From Bacilli bacterium (lineage in GTDB: Bacteria; Bacillota_I; Bacilli_A; RFN20; CAG-826): 64,000 nucleotides of DNA. The notes under the pieces are model-generated. The model did no database searches and had not been told where the DNA came from. It worked only from the letters and a program-made list of their open reading frames with translations. Shown here piece after piece: positions 55,865-64,000 of this stretch. The stretch lies in NCBI GenBank assembly GCA_024408505.1, contig JAKSUZ010000002.1, positions 65,337-129,336 of the forward strand, in the 5' to 3' direction. The first letter of the stretch is position 1, and every line of letters starts with the position of its first letter. The position numbers and the translations under genes were made by a program.

Positions 55865-56592
55865 ATAATATCTTCTCCTTTAAACACTGGACCATCTTTA
55901 CAAACTCTTCTAATACCAGCTTTGGTTTTAATACTACATCCACGACATACACCAAAACCACAACCCATTCTTTCTTCTAAAGAATATTGACCAGGCGCTT
56001 TAGCGTCTTTATAAATTGCTTTTAGCATTGGAATTGGACCACATGCATAAACATAATCATATTTAAGTCCTTTCATAGCGTCAGTGACGAGTCCTTTAAC
56101 ACCCACACTACCATCAAGAGTGGCAATTACTACTTTAACGCCTAACTTTTTAAATTCATTATCGTAGAATATCTCTTTCTCAGAGTTAAAGCCTAATACT
56201 GTAATTACATGTTTTTTCTTTTTTAATAATTCTTTCGCTAAATAATACATCGGAGGAATGCCAGCGCCTCCTCCAACAAGTAATGCAGTGTTTTTAACTG
56301 GACTTATATTGTAACCATTACCCATATCCACTAAGGTATTAATTTCGCCCTTCTTCATTTTTGATAGTTGTAAGGTACCTTTTCCTACTACCTTATATAT
56401 AAGGACTACTTCTTTATTATTAATATCACATATAGAAATTGGGCGGCGAAGATAGAAGCCTGGAATTAATAGATTAACAAAACTACCTGGGCGATACGGA
56501 TACTTATTAGTAAGATCACCAGTTAAAACTAAGCGATAAGTATTTTTCGCTATTAATTTGTTTTCTTTAATCTTTAACACAACATTCTTCAT
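55858..56592 (-). CDS. pyrK: dihydroorotate dehydrogenase electron-transfer subunit
   Basis: FAD/NAD-binding fold and the C-terminal 2Fe-2S motif MGCGFGVCRGC...C. Confidence 0.9.
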   Translation of the reverse strand: MKNVVLKIKENKLIAKNTYRLVLTGDLTNKYPYRPGSFVNLLIPGFYLRRPISICDINNKEVVLIYKVVGKGTLQLSKMKKGEINTLVDMGNGYNISPVKNTALLVGGGAGIPPMYYLAKELLKKKKHVITVLGFNSEKEIFYDNEFKKLGVKVVIATLDGSVGVKGLVTDAMKGLKYDYVYACGPIPMLKAIYKDAKAPGQYSLEERMGCGFGVCRGCSIKTKAGIRRVCKDGPVFKGEDIIW

Positions 56593-56594
56593 AA

Positions 56595-59500
56595 CTAAGC
56601 ATCAATGGTAGAAATCTTTAATGTGGTCTCATCTAAAACATCGAGTAATACTCTTACGGTATCAAGCGAGGTGAACATCGTAACGTTGTTCTCCATCGCG
56701 ATTTGACGAATCTTATAACCATCACGCATCTCACCAAAGTCACCAACATCTTGAGTGTTAATAATATAGGCAATATGACCTTGACGAATTGCATCTGGAA
56801 TTTCGTTAGAGCCGTTTGAGATCTTTAACATAACATGGGTTTTAATTTGTCTCTTCTTTAAATATTCCGCAGTACCTTTAGTCGCGCATATATTAAATCC
56901 AAGTTCATAGAAATGTTTAATTAATGGGAATGCTTCTTCTTTATCTTTATCCGCGATTGTAACAAAAATCGTGCCGAAGTTTTTAACCTTCATACCACTA
57001 GCTTGTAACGCTTTAAATAATGCACGGTGAAGATTATCGTCATAGCCAATCGCTTCGCCTGTAGATTTCATTTCTGGAGATAAGTATGCATCTAATCCTC
57101 TTAATTTATTAAAGGAGAAGACCGGGACTTTAACATACCATCTCTTCTTTTCGGGTGGATAGATATTAAAGATTCCTAATTCTTTTAAACTCTTACCTAA
57201 GATTACATCGGTGGCGATATCCGCTAATGAATAACCAGTTGATTTAGATAAGAACGGAACGGTTCTAGATGAACGTGGATTAACTTCAATAATATAAACC
57301 TTATCATTCGGATCAACGATGAATTGAATATTAAATAATCCGACAATTCCAATTCCTAATCCTAGTTTCTTGCTATATTCAAGAATGGTGCCTTTGACTT
57401 TGTCACTAATTGAGAATGCTGGATAAACACTAATCGAATCACCCGAGTGAATACCGGTTTTTTCAACTAATTCCATAATGCCTGGAACAAATACATCGTG
57501 ACCATCACAAATTGCATCAACTTCAACTTCTTTACCATTAATATATTTATCCACCAATACTGGTTTATCTTCATCAATTTCAACCGCGTCTTTTAAGTAG
57601 CGACGAAGTTGAGCTTCATTACCAACTATTTGCATTGCGCGTCCACCAAGGACGAAGCTCGGACGAACTAAAACTGGATAACCTAACTTCTCAGCAGTCT
57701 TAACCCCTTCTTCAATATTAGTGACTGCTCTTCCTGGAGGTTGAGGAATTCTTAAATTCTCAAGTAGTCTTTCAAAACTATCACGGTTCTCTGCGCGATC
57801 AATTGCTTCGCAATCGGTGCCAATTAATTTTACACCACGAAGCATTAAACCATCGGCTAAATTAATCGCGGTTTGTCCGCCAAGAGTGGCAATTACACCA
57901 ATTGGTTTTTCTAAATCAATAATCGCCATTACATCTTCGGGGGTTAATGGTTCAAAATATAATTTATCTGCAGTTGTGTAATCAGTAGAAACGGTTTCTG
58001 GGTTGTTATTAATAATGATCGCTTCATATCCAGCGCGTTTAATCGTTTGTACAGCATGCACAGTTGAGTAATCGAATTCTACACCTTGACCAATACGAAT
58101 TGGACCAGCGCCTAACACGATTACTTTCTTTTTATTAGTGATACGTGATTCATTCTTTGCTTTACTATCATTTAGATTTTTATAAGTTGAATATAGATAG
58201 GCAATATATTTACCAGTATGTAATGTATCAACCATTTTGAATATTGGAACAATTCCATGTTTCTTTCTTAGACGATAAATTTCTAATTCATTCTTGTTCC
58301 ATAAACTAGAAATACATTTATCCGAGAAGCCTAAGGTTTTGGCTTTACGAAGTAACGCTAAATCGTTATGCTTCTTTTTTAATTGTTCTTCTACATCAAT
58401 AATATTCTTTAATGCTTTTAAGAATAATGGAGTAATCATAGTAATCTTTTGAATAGTGGTGATGCTCTCGCCCATTCTTAAAAGTTCGGCAATCGCAAAG
58501 AAGTTATCATCTTTAAATTGATGAATATAATCAAGTAATTGTTTTTTAGTGTAACCTCTAAACTTCTTTAGATATAAATGGTTCGCGCCAATCTCAAGTG
58601 AACGAATAGCTTTTAGATAACATTCTTCTAAGTTATCACCAATCGCCATAACTTCACCCGTTGCTTTCATTTGAGTGCTAAGAATATTATTAGCTCTAGT
58701 AAATTTATCAAACGGGAAACGTGGGAATTTAGCGATTACATAATCAAGCGTGGGTTCAGTAGAAGCAAATCCACCCGCTACTGGAATTTCTTTTAATCTC
58801 ATCCCAACTGCAATCTTTGCGGTAACTCTAGCGATTGGATAACCACTTGCTTTAGATGCTAATGCGGATGAACGAGAAACACGTGGATTAACTTCGATTA
58901 AATAATATTTATTAGTTTTTGGATGAAGAGCGAATTGAACGTTACAACCGCCTTCAATTTTTAATTCCTTAATAATTTTAATCGCGGATGTATTTAACAT
59001 CTTATATTGTTGTTTAGTTAAAGACATAATTGGAGCGACAACAATACTATCTCCAGTATGAACTCCAACTGGATCAATATTTTCCATACCACAAATGGTA
59101 ATCGCGTTATTATCGTGATCACGCATAACTTCGAATTCAATTTCTTTATAGCCTTTAACGCTCTTTTCAATTAAGACTTGATGGACGGGAGAAAGTGCAA
59201 AAGCATTAATCGCAATTTCTTTTAATTCTTCTTCGGTGTTCGCGAAGCCACCACCCGTACCACCTAGAGTAAAGGCCGGACGAAGAACAACTGGGTAACC
59301 AATTTTCTTAGCCGCTTCAATCGCTTCTTCAATTTTATAAGTAATAATTGATGGAATAACCGGTTCTTTAATTTTTTGGCACATCTCTTTAAAGAGTTCG
59401 CGGTCTTCCGCTTTTTCTATACTCTCGGCTGGAGTACCTAATAATTCAACGCCACATTCATCTAATATTCCTTTTCTCGCTAATTGCATTGCAAGGTTAA

Positions 59501-59783
59501 GACCAGTTTGACCTCCAATACCAGGAAGTATGGCATCTGGTCTCTCATAACGAATAATCTTAGCAACATATTCAAGAGTAAGAGGCTCCATATAAACTTT
59601 ATCCGCAATACTAGTGTCAGTCATAATCGTTGCAGGGTTTGAATTCACTAATACAACTTGGTAACCTTCTTCTTTAAGCGCTAAACACGCCTGGGTGCCC
59701 GCGTAGTCAAATTCCGCTGCTTGACCAATGACAATCGGACCAGATCCGATGATTAATATCTTTTTTAAGTCTTTTCTTTTCAT
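56595..59783 (-). CDS. carB: carbamoyl-phosphate synthase large subunit
   Basis: Duplicated ATP-grasp halves, each with GSGPI.IGQ..EFDY, and a C-terminal MGS-like domain. Start set at MKRKDLKKILIIGSGP (59783), 4 nt after the pyrC stop. Confidence 0.95.
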   Translation of the reverse strand: MKRKDLKKILIIGSGPIVIGQAAEFDYAGTQACLALKEEGYQVVLVNSNPATIMTDTSIADKVYMEPLTLEYVAKIIRYERPDAILPGIGGQTGLNLAMQLARKGILDECGVELLGTPAESIEKAEDRELFKEMCQKIKEPVIPSIITYKIEEAIEAAKKIGYPVVLRPAFTLGGTGGGFANTEEELKEIAINAFALSPVHQVLIEKSVKGYKEIEFEVMRDHDNNAITICGMENIDPVGVHTGDSIVVAPIMSLTKQQYKMLNTSAIKIIKELKIEGGCNVQFALHPKTNKYYLIEVNPRVSRSSALASKASGYPIARVTAKIAVGMRLKEIPVAGGFASTEPTLDYVIAKFPRFPFDKFTRANNILSTQMKATGEVMAIGDNLEECYLKAIRSLEIGANHLYLKKFRGYTKKQLLDYIHQFKDDNFFAIAELLRMGESITTIQKITMITPLFLKALKNIIDVEEQLKKKHNDLALLRKAKTLGFSDKCISSLWNKNELEIYRLRKKHGIVPIFKMVDTLHTGKYIAYLYSTYKNLNDSKAKNESRITNKKKVIVLGAGPIRIGQGVEFDYSTVHAVQTIKRAGYEAIIINNNPETVSTDYTTADKLYFEPLTPEDVMAIIDLEKPIGVIATLGGQTAINLADGLMLRGVKLIGTDCEAIDRAENRDSFERLLENLRIPQPPGRAVTNIEEGVKTAEKLGYPVLVRPSFVLGGRAMQIVGNEAQLRRYLKDAVEIDEDKPVLVDKYINGKEVEVDAICDGHDVFVPGIMELVEKTGIHSGDSISVYPAFSISDKVKGTILEYSKKLGLGIGIVGLFNIQFIVDPNDKVYIIEVNPRSSRTVPFLSKSTGYSLADIATDVILGKSLKELGIFNIYPPEKKRWYVKVPVFSFNKLRGLDAYLSPEMKSTGEAIGYDDNLHRALFKALQASGMKVKNFGTIFVTIADKDKEEAFPLIKHFYELGFNICATKGTAEYLKKRQIKTHVMLKISNGSNEIPDAIRQGHIAYIINTQDVGDFGEMRDGYKIRQIAMENNVTMFTSLDTVRVLLDVLDETTLKISTIDA

Positions 59784-59787
59784 ACGT

Positions 59788-60984
59788 TTACCTCTTATAC
59801 ACAACTTTTTCATCATGGATGGTTAAATAATTCACCCCAAACACGTGATAGCCCTGAAACGGCGTATTTTTTCCTTTAGAGAGAAATTTCGCATTATCAA
59901 TCACTGCTTCTTTGTTTAAATCCCAGACACTAAAGTCGCCCACAGGTTGATAGCCAAATCTCTTGGCGGGATTAGTGACTAATAATTCAAGTAACTTATC
60001 TAAAGTAATAATTTTCTTTTTAACTAAATAGGTATAAAGAAGCGGGAAAGCGATTTCAATTCCAGAAGCGCCAAATAAACTATTCTTTAAACCTTGGTTC
60101 TTTTCATCTTCACTATGTGGAGCGTGATCAGTGGCAATCATATCAATGGTTCCATCTTTAATTCCTTGGATTAACGCTTCTTGATCTTTTTTACTTCTTA
60201 TTGGTGGATTGATTTTAAAATATCCATTCTCTTTAAGCATTGAATCATTAAGTAATAAATAATGTGGAGCAGTTTCGCACGTTACATCAAGTCCTTGTTT
60301 CTTAGCTTTACGAATTAAATCTACGCTTTCTTTAGTAGAGACATGACAAACATGGAATTTACATCCAGTTTCTTTCACTAACTTTAAGTCGCGCTTAACT
60401 TCTTCGTATTCGCTAGCGCTACTAATTCCGATATGATGATGTTTTTTGCAATATTCACCATCATGGATATATCCGCCTTTAGATAATTTACTTACTTCGC
60501 AATGAGCGACAATCACTTTATCTAATGCTTTGGCTCTAAGCATCGCTTCTTTCATAATCTTTTCGCTTTGTACGCCTTTACCATCATCCGAGAAGGCGAA
60601 TACTTTATTAGCCATTTCTTCTAATGGAGAAATCTCTTTTCCGTCCTCAGATAAAGTAATTGCCCCATAAGGGACAACACTGATGATATTACTTTTATTA
60701 ATGAGATTAATTTGAATCTCAAGGTGCTCAGGTGTATCACTCACGGGTTTAAGATTTGGCATCGTTGCTACTAAAGTATAACCTCCTTTTGCGGCGGCTT
60801 TACTTCCAGTGAGAATCGTTTCCTTATAAGAAAAACCCGGTTCACGGAAGTGCACATGCACATCAATGAAGCCCGGGAGAAACGTATACTGTTTTTGATT
60901 ATATTGAGGATGATCTTTTAGAAATTTTAAAACATTATCTTTGATTATATTAGGTTGTTTGATTAATGCTTTAATTCCTTCCAT
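59788..60984 (-). CDS. pyrC: dihydroorotase
   Basis: PGFIDVHVHFREPG metal-binding motif and ATDHAPH. Confidence 0.9.
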   Translation of the reverse strand: MEGIKALIKQPNIIKDNVLKFLKDHPQYNQKQYTFLPGFIDVHVHFREPGFSYKETILTGSKAAAKGGYTLVATMPNLKPVSDTPEHLEIQINLINKSNIISVVPYGAITLSEDGKEISPLEEMANKVFAFSDDGKGVQSEKIMKEAMLRAKALDKVIVAHCEVSKLSKGGYIHDGEYCKKHHHIGISSASEYEEVKRDLKLVKETGCKFHVCHVSTKESVDLIRKAKKQGLDVTCETAPHYLLLNDSMLKENGYFKINPPIRSKKDQEALIQGIKDGTIDMIATDHAPHSEDEKNQGLKNSLFGASGIEIAFPLLYTYLVKKKIITLDKLLELLVTNPAKRFGYQPVGDFSVWDLNKEAVIDNAKFLSKGKNTPFQGYHVFGVNYLTIHDEKVVYKR

Positions 60985-62266
60985 GCGTTTTTTGTATCTT
61001 TTCTATTGTAGCGATTTTAATCGCTAGTGCAAGTATTTTTGTTGCATCTTTAATTTCATTAACACTTGGGAAACTTGGCGCAATTCGTAAATGAGAATCT
61101 TTTGGATCTTTGTGATATGGATACGCGGCTCCGGCTGGAGTTAAGCTAACGCCCATTTCTTTACAAAGAGCGTGGACTCTAGTTGCGCAACCAGGAAGGG
61201 TATTAAGTGAAACGAAATATCCACCATATGGACGAGTGTATTTAGCGATGTTAAGTTCGCCAATTTCTTTATCAAGAACATTTAATACCATTTCAAATTT
61301 TGGTCTCATAATTTCAGCATGTTTTTTCATATGCGCTTTGATACCAGCAATATTTTTGAAATAGCGAACGTGACGGATTTGGTTTACTTTATCAAAACCC
61401 ACCGTTTCCATATTGAAGTTCGCGACTAAGTCTTTCTTGTTCTTTTCGCTACAAGCGACACAAGCAACACCCGCACCAGCAAAGCTGATCTTACTAGTAC
61501 TTGCGAAAACATAAACGATATCTTCATTATTTACTTTCTTAGCTTCTTCTAAGATATTTAAAACATGATCTTGTTTATTTGGATATAAGTGATGAACCAC
61601 ATAAGCGTTATCCCAATAAATACGGAAATCTTTCGCAGCGGGTTTAAGACTAGCTAAACGCTTAACAGCTTTAGGACCATAACTTGTTCCGCTAGGATTA
61701 GCGTATTGAGGGACACACCAAATACCTTTAATCATTGGATCTTTCTTCACTAGTTTTTCAACTAAATCCATATCTGGACCATCTTTCTTTAAATCAATGT
61801 TAATCATTTCAATGCCAAGATATTCCAAAATCGCAAAGTGACGATCATAACCTGGAACTACGCATAACCATTTAATCTTGCCTTGCTTCATAAACGGCTT
61901 ATTACCACAGACGCCTTTCATCATGCCGTGTGCAATCACATCGTACATAATTCTAAGTGAAGAGTTACCAGCGACAATTACTTGTTCTGGAGTTGCACCA
62001 CACATATCGCCTAAAAGTTTTTTACATTCATAAATTCCGGTCATATCACCATAGTTACGGCAATCGATTTTGTCTTTATTAAAATAATCTTCTTTTTTAA
62101 TTAAGACTTTGTTCATCCCTAAACATAAATCTAATTGAGCCGGAGCTGGTTTACCTCTAGTCATGTTTAAATTTAAATGCTTCTTTTTATAGGCATCGCG
62201 AGCTTTATAAAGTTTCGCTAACTCCTTTTTAAGTTCAGCATTTGATAATTGATTATAAGTTTTCAT
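60971..62266 (-). CDS. class I/II PLP-dependent aminotransferase (aspartate aminotransferase-like)
   Basis: NMTRGKPAPAQLDL N-terminal block and the STSKISFAGAG Lys-PLP region. Overlaps pyrC by 14 nt. Confidence 0.7.
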   Translation of the reverse strand: MKTYNQLSNAELKKELAKLYKARDAYKKKHLNLNMTRGKPAPAQLDLCLGMNKVLIKKEDYFNKDKIDCRNYGDMTGIYECKKLLGDMCGATPEQVIVAGNSSLRIMYDVIAHGMMKGVCGNKPFMKQGKIKWLCVVPGYDRHFAILEYLGIEMINIDLKKDGPDMDLVEKLVKKDPMIKGIWCVPQYANPSGTSYGPKAVKRLASLKPAAKDFRIYWDNAYVVHHLYPNKQDHVLNILEEAKKVNNEDIVYVFASTSKISFAGAGVACVACSEKNKKDLVANFNMETVGFDKVNQIRHVRYFKNIAGIKAHMKKHAEIMRPKFEMVLNVLDKEIGELNIAKYTRPYGGYFVSLNTLPGCATRVHALCKEMGVSLTPAGAAYPYHKDPKDSHLRIAPSFPSVNEIKDATKILALAIKIATIEKIQKTHGRN

Positions 62267-62287
62267 AATTATATGATCTCCTTATTA

Positions 62288-63892
62288 TTATTCTACACCA
62301 ACTATAAATGAATAAACGGGTTGTTTGCCACTTACCACATTTATTTGTATATCTTTATAGTTAGCGCTTAAATCTTTTTGCACTTGGGCAATTTCGCTTT
62401 CAAGAATGTCTTCACCGCAAATGATGTTAACGAGTGTAGAGTCTTTTTTAATCATTTCCGCTAATAAGTTATTTAAAGCTTCAAATTTATCTTTAACGCA
62501 AGTAACAATTAACTTATCACGTAGACCCATATAATAATCTTTAGTAACATGGACGCCTTCAATATCAGTATCCTTAACCGCAAAGGTGACTTGACCACTT
62601 CTAACATTCTTTAACGCTGCTTTCATATTGTTAAAGTTAGCATTCACGTTTGAAGTTGGTGAAAATACCATTGCACTCACTAATCCTTGTGGAATCGTTT
62701 TACTAGGAACTACACGAGCATCGCAATCTTCATCAATCATTTCGCATGCTTGGTTAGCGGCCATAACGATATTGGAATTGTTTGGAAGAATAAATACGTT
62801 ACGCGCATTCGCTTTCTTAATCGCATCCACGAAATCTTGAATACTTGGGTTCATCGTTTGTCCACCAGGAACAATAACATCTACTCCGACTTGTTTAAAT
62901 AAATCATCTAGACCTGCGCCAAAGCTAACCGCGATAATCGCATTTTTCTTACGTGGTGAATTAACGTCCACCTTTTCTTCTTCATCGTGTTTAATTGGTA
63001 AAATTGAAATATTTTCGAATTCACCAAATTGTTGTAAGTAAGCTAAGATGGTACCTGGATGAAGGGTTTGTAAAGTAATCTTCATCTTATCGTCTTGCTC
63101 TAATGAGTAGTTTAAATTGTGACCATGATGTAAAGCGAAATCACGGAAATGTTTTTCAATAAAATGTTTCTTACTTCCATCTTTAACTAAGAAGAAATCA
63201 AGACTCATGTTATAACCTTTTTCGAGCTTGCCTTCTTTTTCTTCAACAATTTGTTTGCCTTCAGTTGACTTCTCAACGAAATCACCAAGCAAGGCTTTTT
63301 GCATACCTTCAAGGATTGTAACTAAGCCCGCTGCACCTGAGTCAACAACACCAACTTCTTTTAAAACTGGTAATAATTCAGGTGTTCTTTTTAAGCTTGC
63401 TCTAGCCTCAGTTAATAAGATTTCAAAGCATTCTTCAATACTCGTATCTTCATCACCTGTATGATAAAGAACATCACTTGCTTCTCTAATAACGGTAAGG
63501 ATTGTTCCTTCAACTGGACGCATGACTGCGCGATAACTTGCTTCTTTGCCTTCAAGGAAAGCGAGCGCTAAATCATAGCCTGTAATTTCTTCTTTGCCTT
63601 CAAGTGCTTTAGCAAAGCCACGGAAGATTTGACTTGTAATAACGCCTGAGTTTCCTCTAGCGCCCATAAGTAAACCACGAGAGAAGGCTTTTGCAATGCT
63701 ATATACATCATCTTCGTTTTTATTGGATATTTCTTTTGCACCACTACTCATCGTTAAGTTCATGTTCATACCAGTATCACCATCAGGCACTGGGAAAACG
63801 TTTAATGAGTCAATTTCTGGGTAATGGTTAAAAAGGTTATTAGACGCGCTAATAAACATACTCTTTAATAATTGACCGGATATTTTTTTCAT
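62288..63892 (-). CDS. DAK2 (DhaL-like) domain protein, YloV family
   Basis: VPDGDTGMNM DhaL motif and a C-terminal YloV-type domain. Sits downstream of an Asp23-family gene as in Bacillota. Confidence 0.85.
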   Translation of the reverse strand: MKKISGQLLKSMFISASNNLFNHYPEIDSLNVFPVPDGDTGMNMNLTMSSGAKEISNKNEDDVYSIAKAFSRGLLMGARGNSGVITSQIFRGFAKALEGKEEITGYDLALAFLEGKEASYRAVMRPVEGTILTVIREASDVLYHTGDEDTSIEECFEILLTEARASLKRTPELLPVLKEVGVVDSGAAGLVTILEGMQKALLGDFVEKSTEGKQIVEEKEGKLEKGYNMSLDFFLVKDGSKKHFIEKHFRDFALHHGHNLNYSLEQDDKMKITLQTLHPGTILAYLQQFGEFENISILPIKHDEEEKVDVNSPRKKNAIIAVSFGAGLDDLFKQVGVDVIVPGGQTMNPSIQDFVDAIKKANARNVFILPNNSNIVMAANQACEMIDEDCDARVVPSKTIPQGLVSAMVFSPTSNVNANFNNMKAALKNVRSGQVTFAVKDTDIEGVHVTKDYYMGLRDKLIVTCVKDKFEALNNLLAEMIKKDSTLVNIICGEDILESEIAQVQKDLSANYKDIQINVVSGKQPVYSFIVGVE

Positions 63893-63899
63893 AAATTAA

Positions 63900-64000
63900 T
63901 TAAATTTCAAGAACTCCCTGGACATAGACATTTACTTTTTTAAATTCAATGCCAAAGGTTTTCTCAAGCACATAACTTACTTTCTTTTGAACTTCGCGAA
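63900..64000 (-). CDS. Asp23/Gls24-family protein, 3' end only (runs off the window)
   Basis: Translation ...REVQKKVSYVLEKTFGIEFKKVNVYVQGVLEI* with the stop at 63900-63902. Confidence 0.7.
   Translation of the reverse strand, partial: REVQKKVSYVLEKTFGIEFKKVNVYVQGVLEI

Noticed and set aside
1-64000. CRISPR arrays, rRNA genes, additional tRNAs, Mollicutes code 4 (TGA as Trp)
   Set aside because: No regularly spaced direct repeats and no rRNA-like sequence were seen. Only one cloverleaf was found. TGA clearly terminates cdsA (ATGA overlap with dxr), and long ORFs close properly under the standard code.

Overview
This is an AT-rich bacterial window that uses the standard genetic code. TGA works as a stop codon, as shown by the cdsA/dxr ATGA overlap at 41689-41692. 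Most genes lie on the minus strand. The polC-type replicase, the many lipobox lipoproteins and an electron-bifurcating-type [FeFe] hydrogenase suggest an anaerobic low-GC Bacillota or Mycoplasmatota-like organism (Acholeplasma, Anaeroplasma or Erysipelotrichia-like); this is inference only.

Core blocks:
- uppS-cdsA-dxr-rseP-polC followed by tRNA-Pro(CGG) (34.5-43.4 kb).
- hydCBA (46.0-50.1 kb).
- A CstA-family transporter carrying an extra C-terminal domain (50.2-52.5 kb).
- A pyrimidine operon, aminotransferase-pyrC-carB-pyrK-pyrD-pyrF-pyrE-pyrB, with no carA (52.5-62.3 kb).
- yloV and the 3' end of an Asp23-family gene.

Accessory content:
- A translationally coupled WYL regulator plus a DUF2779-type dual nuclease, next to a ParE/Phd toxin-antitoxin pair (8.5-11.6 kb).
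- Two operons of surface lipoproteins (2.7-8.0 kb and 11.7-15.7 kb).
- A Bro-N/Fic fusion.
- A glycerol-3-phosphate dehydrogenase-like trio plus an ADAPS-like flavoenzyme.
- A frameshifted PAP2 gene.
- A 6.9-kb tract downstream of tRNA-Pro (27.7-34.6 kb). Three displaced copies of the tRNA 3' end split it into three cassettes: two diverged copies of a lipoprotein gene pair, and one nucleotidyltransferase-fold two-gene module. An IS3-family element sits directly beside the tRNA.

I consider the WYL-DUF2779 pair, the tRNA-repeat cassette array and the nucleotidyltransferase pair inside it the best candidates for undescribed biology.

All family names come from motifs I read in the translations. 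No database search was possible.
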